Source: Picochlorum sp. SENEW3 (Eukaryota). From it: a stretch of DNA of 64,000 bases. Every line of letters starts with the position of its first letter. Position 1 is the stretch's first letter. The notes below the pieces were generated by a model, which was not told where the DNA came from, ran no database searches, and worked only from the letters and a program-made list of their open reading frames with translations. This document shows positions 1-11,983 of the stretch, piece by piece. The translations under genes and the position numbers were made by a program. The stretch spans positions 1,302,001 through 1,366,000 of the forward strand of contig CP120454.1 of NCBI GenBank assembly GCA_034226945.1, written 5' to 3'.

Positions 1-1650
1 TTTTCTTCTCGTTCTCTTCTCTTTGTATTTCTTCACAGCTTCCAATCTGGCCAGCTGGGATCTGGTCGTGTCTGACATGGAAGGGGACGCCATCTGTCTC
101 GATCCAGATGCATCAGAAAACGTTGGTTTTTGATACTTGGCTGGTATACCAGGCGCTGCCCATCCACCGTACGAATATGGAACATTCATCGGTGGCCAGT
201 TCCCGGCAAACGGCCTCTGTGCACCTTGCATTGCATAGTTCATTTGCATTGCATGGTACTGCTGCTGCCAATTAAACCATGCTTGTTGGAAGTCCATTGC
301 TTGTCTCTGAGCTTTCCCTTCCTCGGTATTTTGTTTTGAAACATCAGTACCAGGCCAAGGGAATGGATATTGTCGATAATTCACGACAGGATGACCTGGC
401 ATAAATGGCATGGACATTAAATTCTGCATCCCAAATTGAGTGGATCCTCCAGAGCCATCCTCTGTCTTGAGAGTCTTTTGCTGTCCAGTGGCCGTATTTG
501 CTGCATCCTTTGGTGTCATGTGTTTATCATCTGAAGACTCGTTTGAACGATGGCTTCGCATAGACGTAAGTGCTGCAGCAACCTCTGCATCCATGGGGTC
601 TGCTGCAGCAGACTTGACGGATGGATTTGATGATTCATTCTTCTTGATAGGAGGCTTGGCCGCACCCGCAGCAGACTTTTTCGTGAGAACAGTGCCAGAC
701 TGTTTTCCAGAGCTGCCATTTCCGGGCGTCATCTCCTCATCGGGCACCCCTGCAAGGGCCTTGCTTGCACGAGGTGGTTCTTCTTCCTCCTCCTCCTCTT
801 GTTTTCTATGATGATGATATCTCCTATGATGATGATGACGGTGATGGTGATGGTGGACATCTCCATCAGGAATTGAAGGAGTATCCTCAAACACTGGCTT
901 ATTTTCAGCAAGTCTCATTGCAGAGCTGGCATCTGCCCCTCGCTCCTTCTCAGCCATGCCACCCGCATTCTTGGCCGACAGTTGCCCCGCATGCTTCTGT
1001 TGCCACACTCGAGTCCAAATGTTACACACTTCATTCCTTCGCAAAGGCTTGACCCACCAATCCACAGCTCCAAGAGACAAACATTCAGCCATTGCATCCC
1101 TATCATCACACCTGTCCGAGTACACAATCACCAAAATATTGGTATATTCTTTGTGAGAACTCCGCAGGCGCTTCAAAAACTCGACAGCACTTGATACTGG
1201 TGGTTCGTGCGCTTTCAATATCACATCAACCGAGACGCCCTTGTCGAACTCTCGCACCAGCATTTCAAATGCAGCAGATCCCCGCGAGCAAATCAACACC
1301 TTGTATCCACACTCCTGCAACAACCCAACAGTCTTCAAGCGAGACTGCCTATCAGAATCAACAACAAGCACATGCATTTGACCTAATTCAGGAATATCCA
1401 TATCATGACGATGATCCGACGCCGTCGACACATGACCAGCAAGACCATTAGGCATGTGCTTTGAGCCAGGTGTTCCAGCCATCAACACAACATCATGCTC
1501 GTCAGCCATCGCATCCGTACTAACCCGTCGTTTCTTGGTAGTATCATTGTATTCATTCGTATCATCTTGTCGAGTCTCTGGTACTGGTTCTATCGCCGCC
1601 CCATTGCCAGGGGCGGCATCATCATCTGTACCCAATCTTCTCTTGTTCAT
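1..1650 (-). CDS. Pseudo-response regulator (TOC1/PRR-like circadian clock protein), 3' end runs off the window
   Basis: Translated by hand; absent from the ORF track because there is no stop inside the window. ATG at 1650, open to base 1. Receiver-like region MHVLVVDSDRQSR...LLQECGYKV...VDVILKAHEPP...NILVIVYSDRCDDRDAMAECLSLGAVDWWVKPLRRNEVCNIWTRVW, then a His/Glu-rich linker. The frame ends in ARLEAVKKYKEKRTRRK, the start of a CCT motif. Confidence 0.88.
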   Translation of the reverse strand, partial: MNKRRLGTDDDAAPGNGAAIEPVPETRQDDTNEYNDTTKKRRVSTDAMADEHDVVLMAGTPGSKHMPNGLAGHVSTASDHRHDMDIPELGQMHVLVVDSDRQSRLKTVGLLQECGYKVLICSRGSAAFEMLVREFDKGVSVDVILKAHEPPVSSAVEFLKRLRSSHKEYTNILVIVYSDRCDDRDAMAECLSLGAVDWWVKPLRRNEVCNIWTRVWQQKHAGQLSAKNAGGMAEKERGADASSAMRLAENKPVFEDTPSIPDGDVHHHHHRHHHHRRYHHHRKQEEEEEEEPPRASKALAGVPDEEMTPGNGSSGKQSGTVLTKKSAAGAAKPPIKKNESSNPSVKSAAADPMDAEVAAALTSMRSHRSNESSDDKHMTPKDAANTATGQQKTLKTEDGSGGSTQFGMQNLMSMPFMPGHPVVNYRQYPFPWPGTDVSKQNTEEGKAQRQAMDFQQAWFNWQQQYHAMQMNYAMQGAQRPFAGNWPPMNVPYSYGGWAAPGIPAKYQKPTFSDASGSRQMASPSMSDTTRSQLARLEAVKKYKEKRTRRK

Positions 1651-2297
1651 TCAGATATATATCGTCAGATTCAATGCCAACACAAACCGTGTCGTCCAAT
1701 CACATGTCTACACTGAGCATGGTATACGTGCTTTCAAAGATCCACGAGACTATCAATACTGCAGGTATATAGAGTACCAAGGGCGAAATCGTTTCCCTGA
1801 GAAATTCCTTTGGACTACGCAAGCCGTCAGCCACCACGTTTTCTCGCGTACAATAGTACTTTATATATTTATAGCACTAGTTTCTACCCTGTATTCTGTT
1901 CAAGACACGTGCTGCTGCTCCCTAGAACAATTGTTCCATCCACGGGCTGCGTCACGTGGTTTCCGTCGCTCTCGAAAAGACCTCTAGGTCGATAACTGTA
2001 TACGTTGCAACGCTATTTAAACGTAATAGTATATATTACTGGTCACTCTTAATATATAAAATGATTGCTTTATGTGTGTGGTTGAACACGGATCCGTTTC
2101 ATATCTGATACAACCAGGCATGCACCAGGATATGCAAGCGCGCCTAGTTGCCATGGCGCTGCCCATCAACGATACGCTTGGATGGGAAGATATCGTGTTT
2201 TCAACGTAGATATCCTCGTTTGTGGCTATAAAGCAACGTATCTCTTTTAATGGCTCTAGAGCGTGCCGGAGTGGCGCCACACGTGGTGGAGAGCTGT

Positions 2298-4674
2298 TTA
2301 CAATGCTGCTGATAAATGATCCATGTATTCTTTTCTAGAGATTGTAGAAATGTGATGTACCTTGTCAACGTCACCCTGCCATGGAGTTTTGCGGACTCTC
2401 TTCCGAGGAATCTTTGCTGTTGCTGAGGGTTTGGTGAGCTTTGGAGGGAATGTGTTGGGAATCTGCGCCATGCTTTCTGAATACGGTCGCCAGATGGGGG
2501 GTATCCATTGTGAGCTGATGACATTGGTGGTGGTGGAGGATTGATGGGATTTGTGGAGATGGTATGGGTTCTTCTCAGGAGTGTCAGAGGAGGGGATGAA
2601 GATGTTCCAGGCTGAGGGCAATGCTTGGGCGAGGCCAAGGGCTTTCTCTGAATCCAATCCAGCAGATGATGTCCACAATACGCTTTTACTGTCAACTGAT
2701 ACGGCCCAGGTGATGAATGCGTCCATGGATGGGCACCAGAATCGTACAGAGTCTTGCGAGAGATCTATGCATCCTGTCATCTGATGCGGAGCATCAAGGA
2801 CTGACCAGGATAGAATCCTGCCTTTCGGCACAGACACATGTGCAACCTGAATATGTCTCGCTCCAACAGGATATGATAGACATAATCGCGCCTTCCAAAG
2901 GCACGTTTCTTGATCTGTGATGCACTCTCGGTCCGGTTCTGGTAAATACTCTGGTTTGATGGAGAGCACTGATGGCACATTGCCGTCAATACACACGAGA
3001 GCATGGCTTCGTAGTATGATATATGTGCCACTCTTACTGTGCTTCCATAAACAGTATGCTGTCTGTCGCTGTGCATTGGTCATGGAATTGGAAAGCACAG
3101 CATACTTTTGGAGCCTTGTTTGCTTCTCCCTCATCGTCATACTTTTTGGCATCAGAGGTTTGTGTAGATATATAGTATCTACTTTTTCTGTTTTTGAGTC
3201 CCTTACTACTGAGGAGTATGGAATTTCTATATCGCGCCGTGTGTGTGACCAATCAGATGCCATGAGAGATTGGAATACACCTGCTGTGGCAACCAGTATC
3301 ATGGTGGCATCCTTGAACAGATGCCCCTCGTTCGCGAGTATATCCTCAATGATTGGATCTGTATCTATTTCTTCGCATTCCTTCTTTTTATACACTCCCC
3401 TTGTTCTATTATACGAGTCAATAGCTGGCATGTAATGCTTGTCTCCAGGTAATGGTGTTCCAGGATCCAGTGGTTGCATGCCCAGAGGGCCACCTTGTGT
3501 TCTCAGAACAGCAACAAACTCGAATACTCCAGACGCATCCTTCCCAGTATTGATACGCTTTTTTGGTATTGATATTGTATCCTTTTGCTCCAATACAGGG
3601 GGCAATCGTGTAAAAATACGTTGACGCTGACGGTCATCATCTGCATGAAGCTGCCCAATCTGGCGTTCAGTAATATGATCATACCTCCATGTATGGCACT
3701 CTGCATTTGCATCAAGCTCTTGTGTATACCTCATCTGTTCATCGAGTACCCTACTCTCGAGATTCTTGAAGCGGGCCGCATCCTGCCCAGTGCACCTTTG
3801 ATGCTGATGAGTCAAAAACCAAGAATGCTCCTCTGCACTCAGATCTGACCAGGACTGTATCAGGGTACTATGTTTCTGTAACTTTTCTATACTGTCTAAT
3901 TCAATCGCATGCTTTCGTAAAGACTGTCGCAAGTTCTGGTACGCACGTGCAAACCCTGCATGATAAAATGGACTGTGTCCATTGAGCACATGCGACAGTG
4001 TCACGTCAGACTTGTCCTTTCCCTTTGGCAATTTTTTCGCCATGAGAAATATCGTTTCAACTAAATGGCTCCATGAGCTAAAACCTGTTTTCTGAAGCGC
4101 TAAATAAATAGTCTGATCTTTGGCAGAATCTGCACCAATGTGTTGTTTCTTCTGCTTTGCCGTCTTCTTTGCAGGCATGCCTGTCACTGTGTTGTCTTCT
4201 TCATCTTTATTGTTTTTCAGAGTATCCATCAGGAGTTCTTCCAGAGAATCTGATCCTTCAGCAGCAGGAGACTGTGGGTGGGTTTTCTTGTCTCCTTTAG
4301 AAGGAAGAGCGTGAGCCATCAGCAACCCCTCATCGGAAGGACTCTCCAAAAGAGGACCAGGAACCTTGACACGAGGATTCCAATACGGCCAATTCACTAC
4401 CGTATGTCCATTCGACCCATCGCCTGGAACCACAAACTCCTTCAAACTTGGCAACAGTGGTGGCAACAGGTCAAAAGCCTCATCGGGTTGCCCAGAACAG
4501 TCTCGAGCACCATCAACCCTTCTGCATTATGCAAAACAAGGTGAAAATAGTCATATAGACACACATACTGAAACACTTATGCACGCACTTTTTCGATGAG
4601 ACCAACTTCGACTCAACTTCTGCCGTGATAGGCAGCGTTGCTGCCTTCTGCTTTCTAGCCCTCGTAGATACCAT
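2298..4674 (-). CDS. Protein with an ICE2/NARG2 C-terminal-like region (little elongation complex subunit 2-like)
   Basis: The 722-aa ORF extends by a first exon (ATG 4674, MVSTRARKQK...) through a GT-AG intron at 4522-4588 that keeps the frame. IYLHKPLMPKSMTMREKQ, YCLWK...IILRS and LSIKPEYLPEPDRECIT resemble NARG2_C. The gene is solid; the family is tentative. Confidence 0.55.
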
Positions 4675-4912
4675 ACCAAATCATGATATCTTTTTTAATA
4701 ATGGGCACATGCGTATTAAAGATGAAAAGAAGAGAATACTGGCGTACGTATTTACAACATGTAGGATGCAGCCCATCTGGATTGATGGCGACAGTCTTCA
4801 TGATCTAGCTGCATGATGATCACGTTGCTTGGAAACGCCAAGGAATAATAATCAATTTCATATTTGATTGTTGGTGGTATTTGATTGTTGGTTGTGAAGA
4901 AACGGGCAGAAC

Positions 4913-6448
4913 ATGCTTCGCAAAGTTGCTTCTACCCTTCTGTCCCAGTCTGGGCAGAATGCCATTAAGAGTACTCTGCTGAACGATATTTCATTTCTGT
5001 ACGTACTTATATAGTCAGATCTATGGTTGTTATGGATCCTGTCCATTGCGAATCGTCGAATTCAATCATCTGCTGCAGCCAGCTGCGGCAGGGACGTCTC
5101 TTGGATTCACATGGCCATATAGTAGTATTCGATTATTAGCAATGTAATTGCTATTCAATTGGTAATGATTAACCAGGGATTTCGATCTTGCTGCAGGAGT
5201 CAGTCACAGAAAGGAGGGTGTCTCAGTTCGTCCGTCTTGCAGACCCTTCGCTGTTACAGCGACTACGATATTAATACTCGATCAAAGCCACATTTGAATG
5301 TAGGAACGATTGGTCACGTTGATCATGGTAAAACAACGTTGACTGCGGCTATTACAAAGGTTCTTGCAGAGGCTGGTAGCTCAAAGGCTGTGGCTTTTGA
5401 CGAAATTGACAAGGCGCCAGAGGAGAAGGCGAGAGGTATTACAATTGCCACGGCTCATGTTGAATATGAGACTGAGAAGAGGCATTATGCTCACGTGGAC
5501 TGCCCGGGTCACGCTGATTATGTGAAGAATATGATTACTGGAGCAGCCCAGATGGATGGAGCCATCCTTGTGGTGTCTGCAACAGATGGGCCAATGCCTC
5601 AGACACGAGAGCATATCTTGCTTGCTCGTCAGGTCGGTGTGCCATCTATTGTATGCTTCCTGAACAAGGTAGATGCAGTAGACGATGAAGAACTCGTTGA
5701 ACTTGTGGAGATGGAATTGAGGGAATTGTTGAGCTTTTACAAGTTCCCAGGGGATGAGATTCCAGTGGTTCGTGGGTCTGCTCTCTGTGCATTGAAAGGC
5801 GAAAAGCCAGAAATTGGAAAGGATGCGATTCTGAAGCTTATGGAAGAGGTTGATGCGTATGTGCCTGATCCTGTGCGTGCTCTGGACAAGCCATTTGCCA
5901 TGCCTGTGGAGGATGTCTTTTCCATTCAAGGAAGAGGTACTGTTGTGACTGGCCGTGTTGAGCAGGGTATTGTGAAGACTGGCGATGAGGTTGAGATTCT
6001 TGGAATTCGTCCAAATCAAAAGACGACTGTGACTGGTGTGGAAATGTTTAAGAAGATGCTCAATGAAGGACAAGCAGGAGACAATGTCGGTCTTCTTCTC
6101 AGAGGTATCAAGCGTACTGATGTCGAAAGAGGCCAGGTCATCTGTCAGCCAGGAAGCATTAAACCGTATAAGAAGTTCAAGGGTGAAATTTATGCTTTGA
6201 GCAAGGAAGAAGGGGGTCGCCACACACCATTCTTCACAAACTACAAACCTCAATTCTTCTTCCGTACTGCTGATATCACAGGAAGTGTCATCCTCCCAGA
6301 GGGAACGGAGATGGTGATGCCAGGTGATAATGTGACAGCTACGTTTGAGCTTCTCCATCCAGTAGCAATGGAGCCAGGTCTTCGCTTTGCAATCAGAGAG
6401 GGAGGACGCACAGTTGGAGCAGGGGTTGTTGGTGAGGTTCTCGAATGA
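4913..6448 (+). CDS. TUFM: Elongation factor Tu, mitochondrial
   Basis: [45 protein letters not shown] and [10 protein letters not shown] motifs. Probable first exon from ATG 4913 ([12 protein letters not shown]..., presequence-like) with an intron at about 4999-5196; the 5' splicing is uncertain. Confidence 0.95.
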
Positions 6449-6499
6449 TTTATTGAATGATTTAAATCTTTTCACTATTCTTTCATGAAAACAAAACAT

Positions 6500-7769
6500 T
6501 TATTTGGTTTCTATAATGAGAGAAATGTCTAATGCTGTCACTGAATGAGTTATAGCCCCAGTAGAGATGAACTGTACCCCTGTCTTTGCAATTTGCCGAA
6601 CAGATGCCATGGTGACGTTGCCCGAGGCTTCCGTCTCTATATTGCGATCCCCTATCAAATCGAGCGCTTCCTCCAACATACTCACGTCTACAGAGCTATC
6701 GTCTTCTTTTTTGACCATGTTATCGAGCATGATCCTCGTCACCATGGAATCCTTTGCAGAATCAATCACCTCGAGAGCTTCTTTGACTTCATCAATGGTG
6801 CGAGTCTCCACCTCCACTGGCCTCTTGACACCCTTCTCCCTCATATATTTCTCAACAGCATGCACAGATTCAGCAAGACCTCCAGCTGCTGCAATGTGAT
6901 TATCTTTAATCATCACCATATCGTACAACCCAATTCTATGATTCTCTCCCCCACCAATTTTCACAGCCCATTTATCCAACAGCCTCAACCCAGGAACAGT
7001 CTTTCTTGTATCCAAAAGCTTTGCACGTGTACAACATCCAATCGCTTTCACCATTGATGCCGTCTGAGTCGCAATACCACTCATTCTCTGCATGTAATTT
7101 AATGCTATGCGTTCTCCAATGAGTATTCCCCTGGCAGGTCCTGTTGCTATTCCCAGTGTCTGCCCAGGCTTTACAAAATCTCCATCATTCACCATCCATG
7201 TAACCTTGACATGAGGATCCACTTGGCTGAAAACCACATCAGCTACATACAGCCCAGCAACAACACCATCGCTCTTTGCCACAAAAGAAGCTGTTGCTGT
7301 TGTTGACTCTGGAACTCTGCAACGAAATATTGTTATATTACATGGCATACAACACGTGACATTATTACATGGCACATTTCCAAAACGCACGTTGATAGTG
7401 TGGTTATATCTCCATAATCCCCAGCATCTTCTTTCAACGCATCAGCAACAACCTGATACAAATCATATGTAGGATGAGGAGGTGGGTCTATGAGAGCATA
7501 CCCATGATCCCTTGTCCGCCTGCACAACACCAAAAGAATACACACGTGTTCACATTCCATCTCCACCCATCATTCGTACTACAACACGACAGTTTTTTCT
7601 TGCTAGGAAGCCTTCTTCTTCCTTTAGTATTTACATAAAGGACAACCAAGAGAGCATTCAGAATTCCAAGCCATATGGACGTACCAATCGTCACGCCACT
7701 GCATTTATATATAAATACCGAGTATATATCAATTGAAACAAAGGAATCCACGGTGCCACCGTCAGCCAT
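6500..7769 (-). CDS. nadC: Quinolinate phosphoribosyltransferase (nicotinate-nucleotide pyrophosphorylase)
   Basis: ALKEDAGDYGDITT, ERIALNYMQRMSGIAT, LLDTRKTVPGLR, HRIGLYDMVMIKDNH, IMLDNM and EASGNVT motifs. Intron 7317-7390. The 5' exon and the start at 7769 are uncertain. Confidence 0.93.
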
Positions 7770-7938
7770 GATGGGTCATCTCTCCCTACATCAGGAATCC
7801 GCATATCGGTCAATAAAGATGTTTGACCGAAGCAAATGAGAGGAACAAAAAGGGATCCAGTTTTTTCCAATGCCATCTGATAGACGGTGCATGGCATGCG
7901 TTCCATGTATTATTTTTACTTGATATATACCTAGAATC

Positions 7939-9019
7939 ATGTCTATAGGTGCAGCTGGTGGTAGAATCACCGCAGGAGCAGGAGCTAATTTACTTAGTGC
8001 TCAAACGTCAGATAGAAACCAAGATGCGACGTGTTTCGTCGGGAGTATTGATTTAGCAGTATCAGAAGAAATTTTATGGGAGCTTTTTACCCAAGTAGCG
8101 CCAGTAGGTGCGTAAAACATCGGTGAATGAATGTCGAGTGTAGTTGCGTGGAAATCATTTGTCCCTTACACGTATTATTCCGTATTATGCAGTTCACGTC
8201 TACCTTCCTAAAGATCGAGTGACTGGAGAACACCAAGGGTATGGGTTTGTAGAGCTCAAGAGTGAAGAGGATGCAGCGTATGCCATCAAGGTGCTGAATA
8301 TGGTCAAGCTATATGGCAAGCCAATTCGAGTCGCCCCAGCGTCGCAGGATAAAGATAGCGGGGATGTTGGTGCAAATTTATTTATAGGAAATTTGGATCC
8401 AGACGTGGACGAGACATTGTTGCACACCACATTTAGTGCCTTTGGGGAAGTTGTGAACAACCCAAAAGTCATGCGAGATCCAGAGACTGGAGCATCCAAA
8501 GGATTTGGTTTTGTCAGTTTTGCTGATTTTGAAGCTTCTGATGCGGCCATTGATGTCATGGATGGTCAGTATTTGGGAGGAAGGCCCATCTCTGTTGGAT
8601 ATGCATTCAAGAAGGATGCCAAGGGGGAGCGGCACGGGACTCCTGCAGAGAGGTTGTTGGCAGCTCAGAAGAAGATGAACAATCCCGCATCCATCAGACC
8701 CCATACAATGTTTGCTTCGGGACCAAAACAGGCCCCTCAGCCAGGAATTGACGTGCAGATGCCTCAGCAGCCAGCTGTGTATGGCTATGCACAGCAACAG
8801 CAGGCTCCATGGGGTTGGGGTGGGATGGCAGGAGGATACATGTATGGGGCAGGATATGTGCCACCACCGCCGGGTGCGCCTGCTGGTGTACAGGATATTC
8901 CACCACCGCCGCCGCCCGCAGGGATGATTCCTCCACCACCTCCAGCTGCATCAGCGGATGTTCCTCCTCCTCCTCCTCCAGTACATGATGTTCCACCACC
9001 ACCACCACCACCCGCGTGA
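7939..9019 (+). CDS. SF3B4: Splicing factor 3B subunit 4 (SAP49): two RRMs and a Pro-rich tail
   Basis: First exon from ATG 7939 (...[11 protein letters not shown]...LWELFTQ), intron 8108-8192, then [31 protein letters not shown] and [22 protein letters not shown]. Confidence 0.95.
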
Positions 9020-9058
9020 TCAAGCAGTGTGTCACAGTATTGTAATACAATATATATA

Positions 9059-10222
9059 CTATATAACATCTTTGGATTCTTTTCGAACAGGAATCATCTT
9101 TACTCCAGGACTGAGTGCACTTGAATTCTTCATGGTTCTTGTCAACAGGCCACTGATGACGAAAAGTGTCCCAATCCTGCACACACAATGAGGGATGGAA
9201 TATCTACGTCTTTTTGTATTGAAGAACCAAAATAACAAAAACCGTACCACTGCAGGATTGTCAACTCGTGCTTGAAAATCACGCATGACAAGACAATGGA
9301 CAAAAACTGCCTCACAGTCATCATCAAGGCAAAGTTGAGAGCCCCATACTGCTTGATGGTAAAAGAAATAAATAACTGCACCGTCGTAGATACACACGAC
9401 TGTAGCATCATGAGCTGCAAGCTTTCCGGATGCCGACTCACAAATTCTAATGCAGGCTTCATCTGTCCCGAGGTCAGTAGAAACCCTGCACTCAGCAGGG
9501 CAGACCACGAAGACACATACAACAGCTGATTGCAACTATGCATATCAAAAGATCCGAACAATTTATCTTGAACCGTACATGTCAGACCATCAAACACAAT
9601 AAATATTGACAGGAGGACCAGTCCTGTTGTTGTAAACACAATCATGGACGATTTGGCAGCATCCTCCCCAGACAATGTTGGAGACGATATGTCACCAGTC
9701 AGCACAAACATTGCACAACCAAACGTCACTACCCCGGCTGCTATATAATCCATGAGATAGTATTTTCGAGCCCGCGTAATCCAACTCCACACCATCACAG
9801 GTACCTGAAGACCAACACAATCATCACACAGTGAGTAGAGTAGAGTACAAGATGCCATCACATCCCAAACAAACACGTACCGACTTGGCACATTTCGCCA
9901 AAGCCTGTAGAGGAAAACTGACATACTTCAACGCCTCATACTGCGCTGCTGATCCAATCACATTCGCCACAGAGGGCACCCCAAATAAGAGCAAGGGAGC
10001 AGAGGGTGTCAACGGAAGTCCCAACGCCACCAACACCCCAGCAGATGTCAAGATCGTCACTATTCTATTCACCAGTACAATAAATACACTATATCTAAAA
10101 ATCTCCTCATCCTCCCCAAAACCAACCGTCATGAGCCTTTCTTGAATGAGCGAGTACAGAGAAAAACATGCCGTAATTCCCACAAAATACAGACCAATTC
10201 GTATCTTATCAAATTCAACCAT
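9059..10222 (-). CDS. SLC35B/UAA-family nucleotide-sugar or PAPS transporter (PAPST/UTr5-like)
   Basis: YSLIQERLM, AQYEALKYVSFPLQALAKCAK, DGLTCTVQDKLF and MTVRQFLSIVLSC motifs. Introns 9805-9880 and 9177-9247 join three ORF pieces in frame. Confidence 0.88.
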
Positions 10223-10376
10223 GACTCAATCATGCATTTGTTCTACGCAAGCCTGGATGTGTTTGTTTTCAACAAGGGATTGGATTGGTCGTTGTCGTTT
10301 GGTAACCAAACGTATCATTTATCGATCCATCGCATCGCTTTCCACCTCCTTACACATATCTACACGTATTTAATAA

Positions 10377-11983
10377 TTATCTAGCAGTGCCGCGTCGTCC
10401 ACGGACGACTCTCTTCTTCTTTTGGACTCCCCCTCGAGGTGGCACATGCGTCCCTCTGCCTCGTCCCAAAGGCACGGCTGCCGCCCTGTGGGCATCTCTT
10501 GGGACAGCGACCCTCCTCACTGCAGTCCCTGCACCCCGAGCGCCTCGAGCAGGGATCATTAGCTTCACTGCGGGAGGAGGAGGGGGCACAGGGCCACCGC
10601 CCAATCCAGGAATGACCTGTGGGGCATGGACAACAGGAGCTCGAATTGGTTGAGCAACTGGCCTTGGAGGCTCCACCACCCCCTCCATTCCAATCTCTTC
10701 CATCTGCGCAGCTTGCTGTTGTTCAAAGAATGGATCTCCAGGCCTACATCGACACCAAAATTTGGTGCACGCGTCGGCAGCTCCGGTAGTGAGCACGTGT
10801 CCAGATGGATTCCATGCAAAGGTCCAGATGGATCCCTCATGTGCCATGGGCACCTTGTCCAGCATGGTCTGCCGGCCTGCCAACCAAAAGGCCATTGATC
10901 CATCATGGCCTCCACTCACAAACAAATCTTCTTGAAGCGGATGCCACGCTGCTTGCGTGAGATCCGTACCATGCCCAACATACGTGGCCAGCTCTGCTTG
11001 CATTCTAATATCATATATTCTACATGTTTGATCCCTACTTGCTGACAATATCCAATTCCCATTCATTTCATTCCATTTCGTTGTCGTTATTGTTCCTTTA
11101 TGACCATGCATCGTTGCGACGGATGCACCAGACCGAGCACACCAGACCTTGACCAACCCATCCTTGCTTCCAGACACCAGCAGGGATGACTGGGGATGCC
11201 AATCCACAGTCTTCACATCCCCGCCATGCCCAGCCAACACATGCTCAGACGTCACTCGCGCAAAGTCCCACACCCTCACAGTACTATCATCAGATGCGGT
11301 AGCAAATTTTAGATCCGTCCTCGAAAAGCTCACCTGCCTCACAGACTCTTTATGCACCTGCGTGCTCTTGACAAGCTCCAAGTTTGTCTTCCAATACCTC
11401 ACATGACCCGCATCATCCCCGCTCACGAGGAAATTCCCATTCCGAGTAAACACAATAGTTCGTATAGGAGTCTCATGTGCCTGAATAATCGTCTCAAACT
11501 GAAAAGTCTGCCCACCCCACATACAAAACTCCCCTGCCTGCGTGGCTGTCAGGCATCGCCTGCCATCTGGAGTCCACACAGACGCATTCACACTACTCCT
11601 CGTCTTACTAGGTGCTATAGACGCAAACGTGCTTGCGACATTCGAGGCAGGCAGATGAATATACGCCCATGGAGGCAGCATGTGCAACCGAGACACGCCA
11701 GTGCCTCGCAACTGAGGAATGTGCTGCATTGGCCTGTCCACCAATCGAGACACCTGCGAAGAATATCGCCACGGGTCAATCACGCCATCATGCAATCGAA
11801 TCGAATACCATCACATACCTCTTTCCATTCTAGAAGGGATCCATTCAAATCCACTGTTCGACGTAACACTGACTTTTGTTCTCGCTTTTCCCCTTCGACT
11901 TGGCCTGCAATGGTGTCCCCTTCCCCCGCCGTCTCTGGCCGTAAGGCCAGTTGACGGGCGTAATAACTGGTATAGAGAGCCAT
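10377..11983 (-). CDS. WDR33: Polyadenylation factor WDR33/Pfs2/FY (WD40 repeats)
   Basis: KSVLRRTVD in exon 1 (ATG 11983), intron 11754-11818, then WTPDGRRCLT, FETIIQAHE, GHGGDVKTVDWHP and TKFWCRCRPGD. Confidence 0.92.

Noticed and set aside
130..1987. Many short ORFs at the window start
   Set aside because: They are alternative frames of the minus-strand PRR gene and its promoter.
5381..6499. 372-aa ORF antisense to EF-Tu
   Set aside because: Shadow ORF caused by codon bias of a highly expressed gene; no recognisable motifs.
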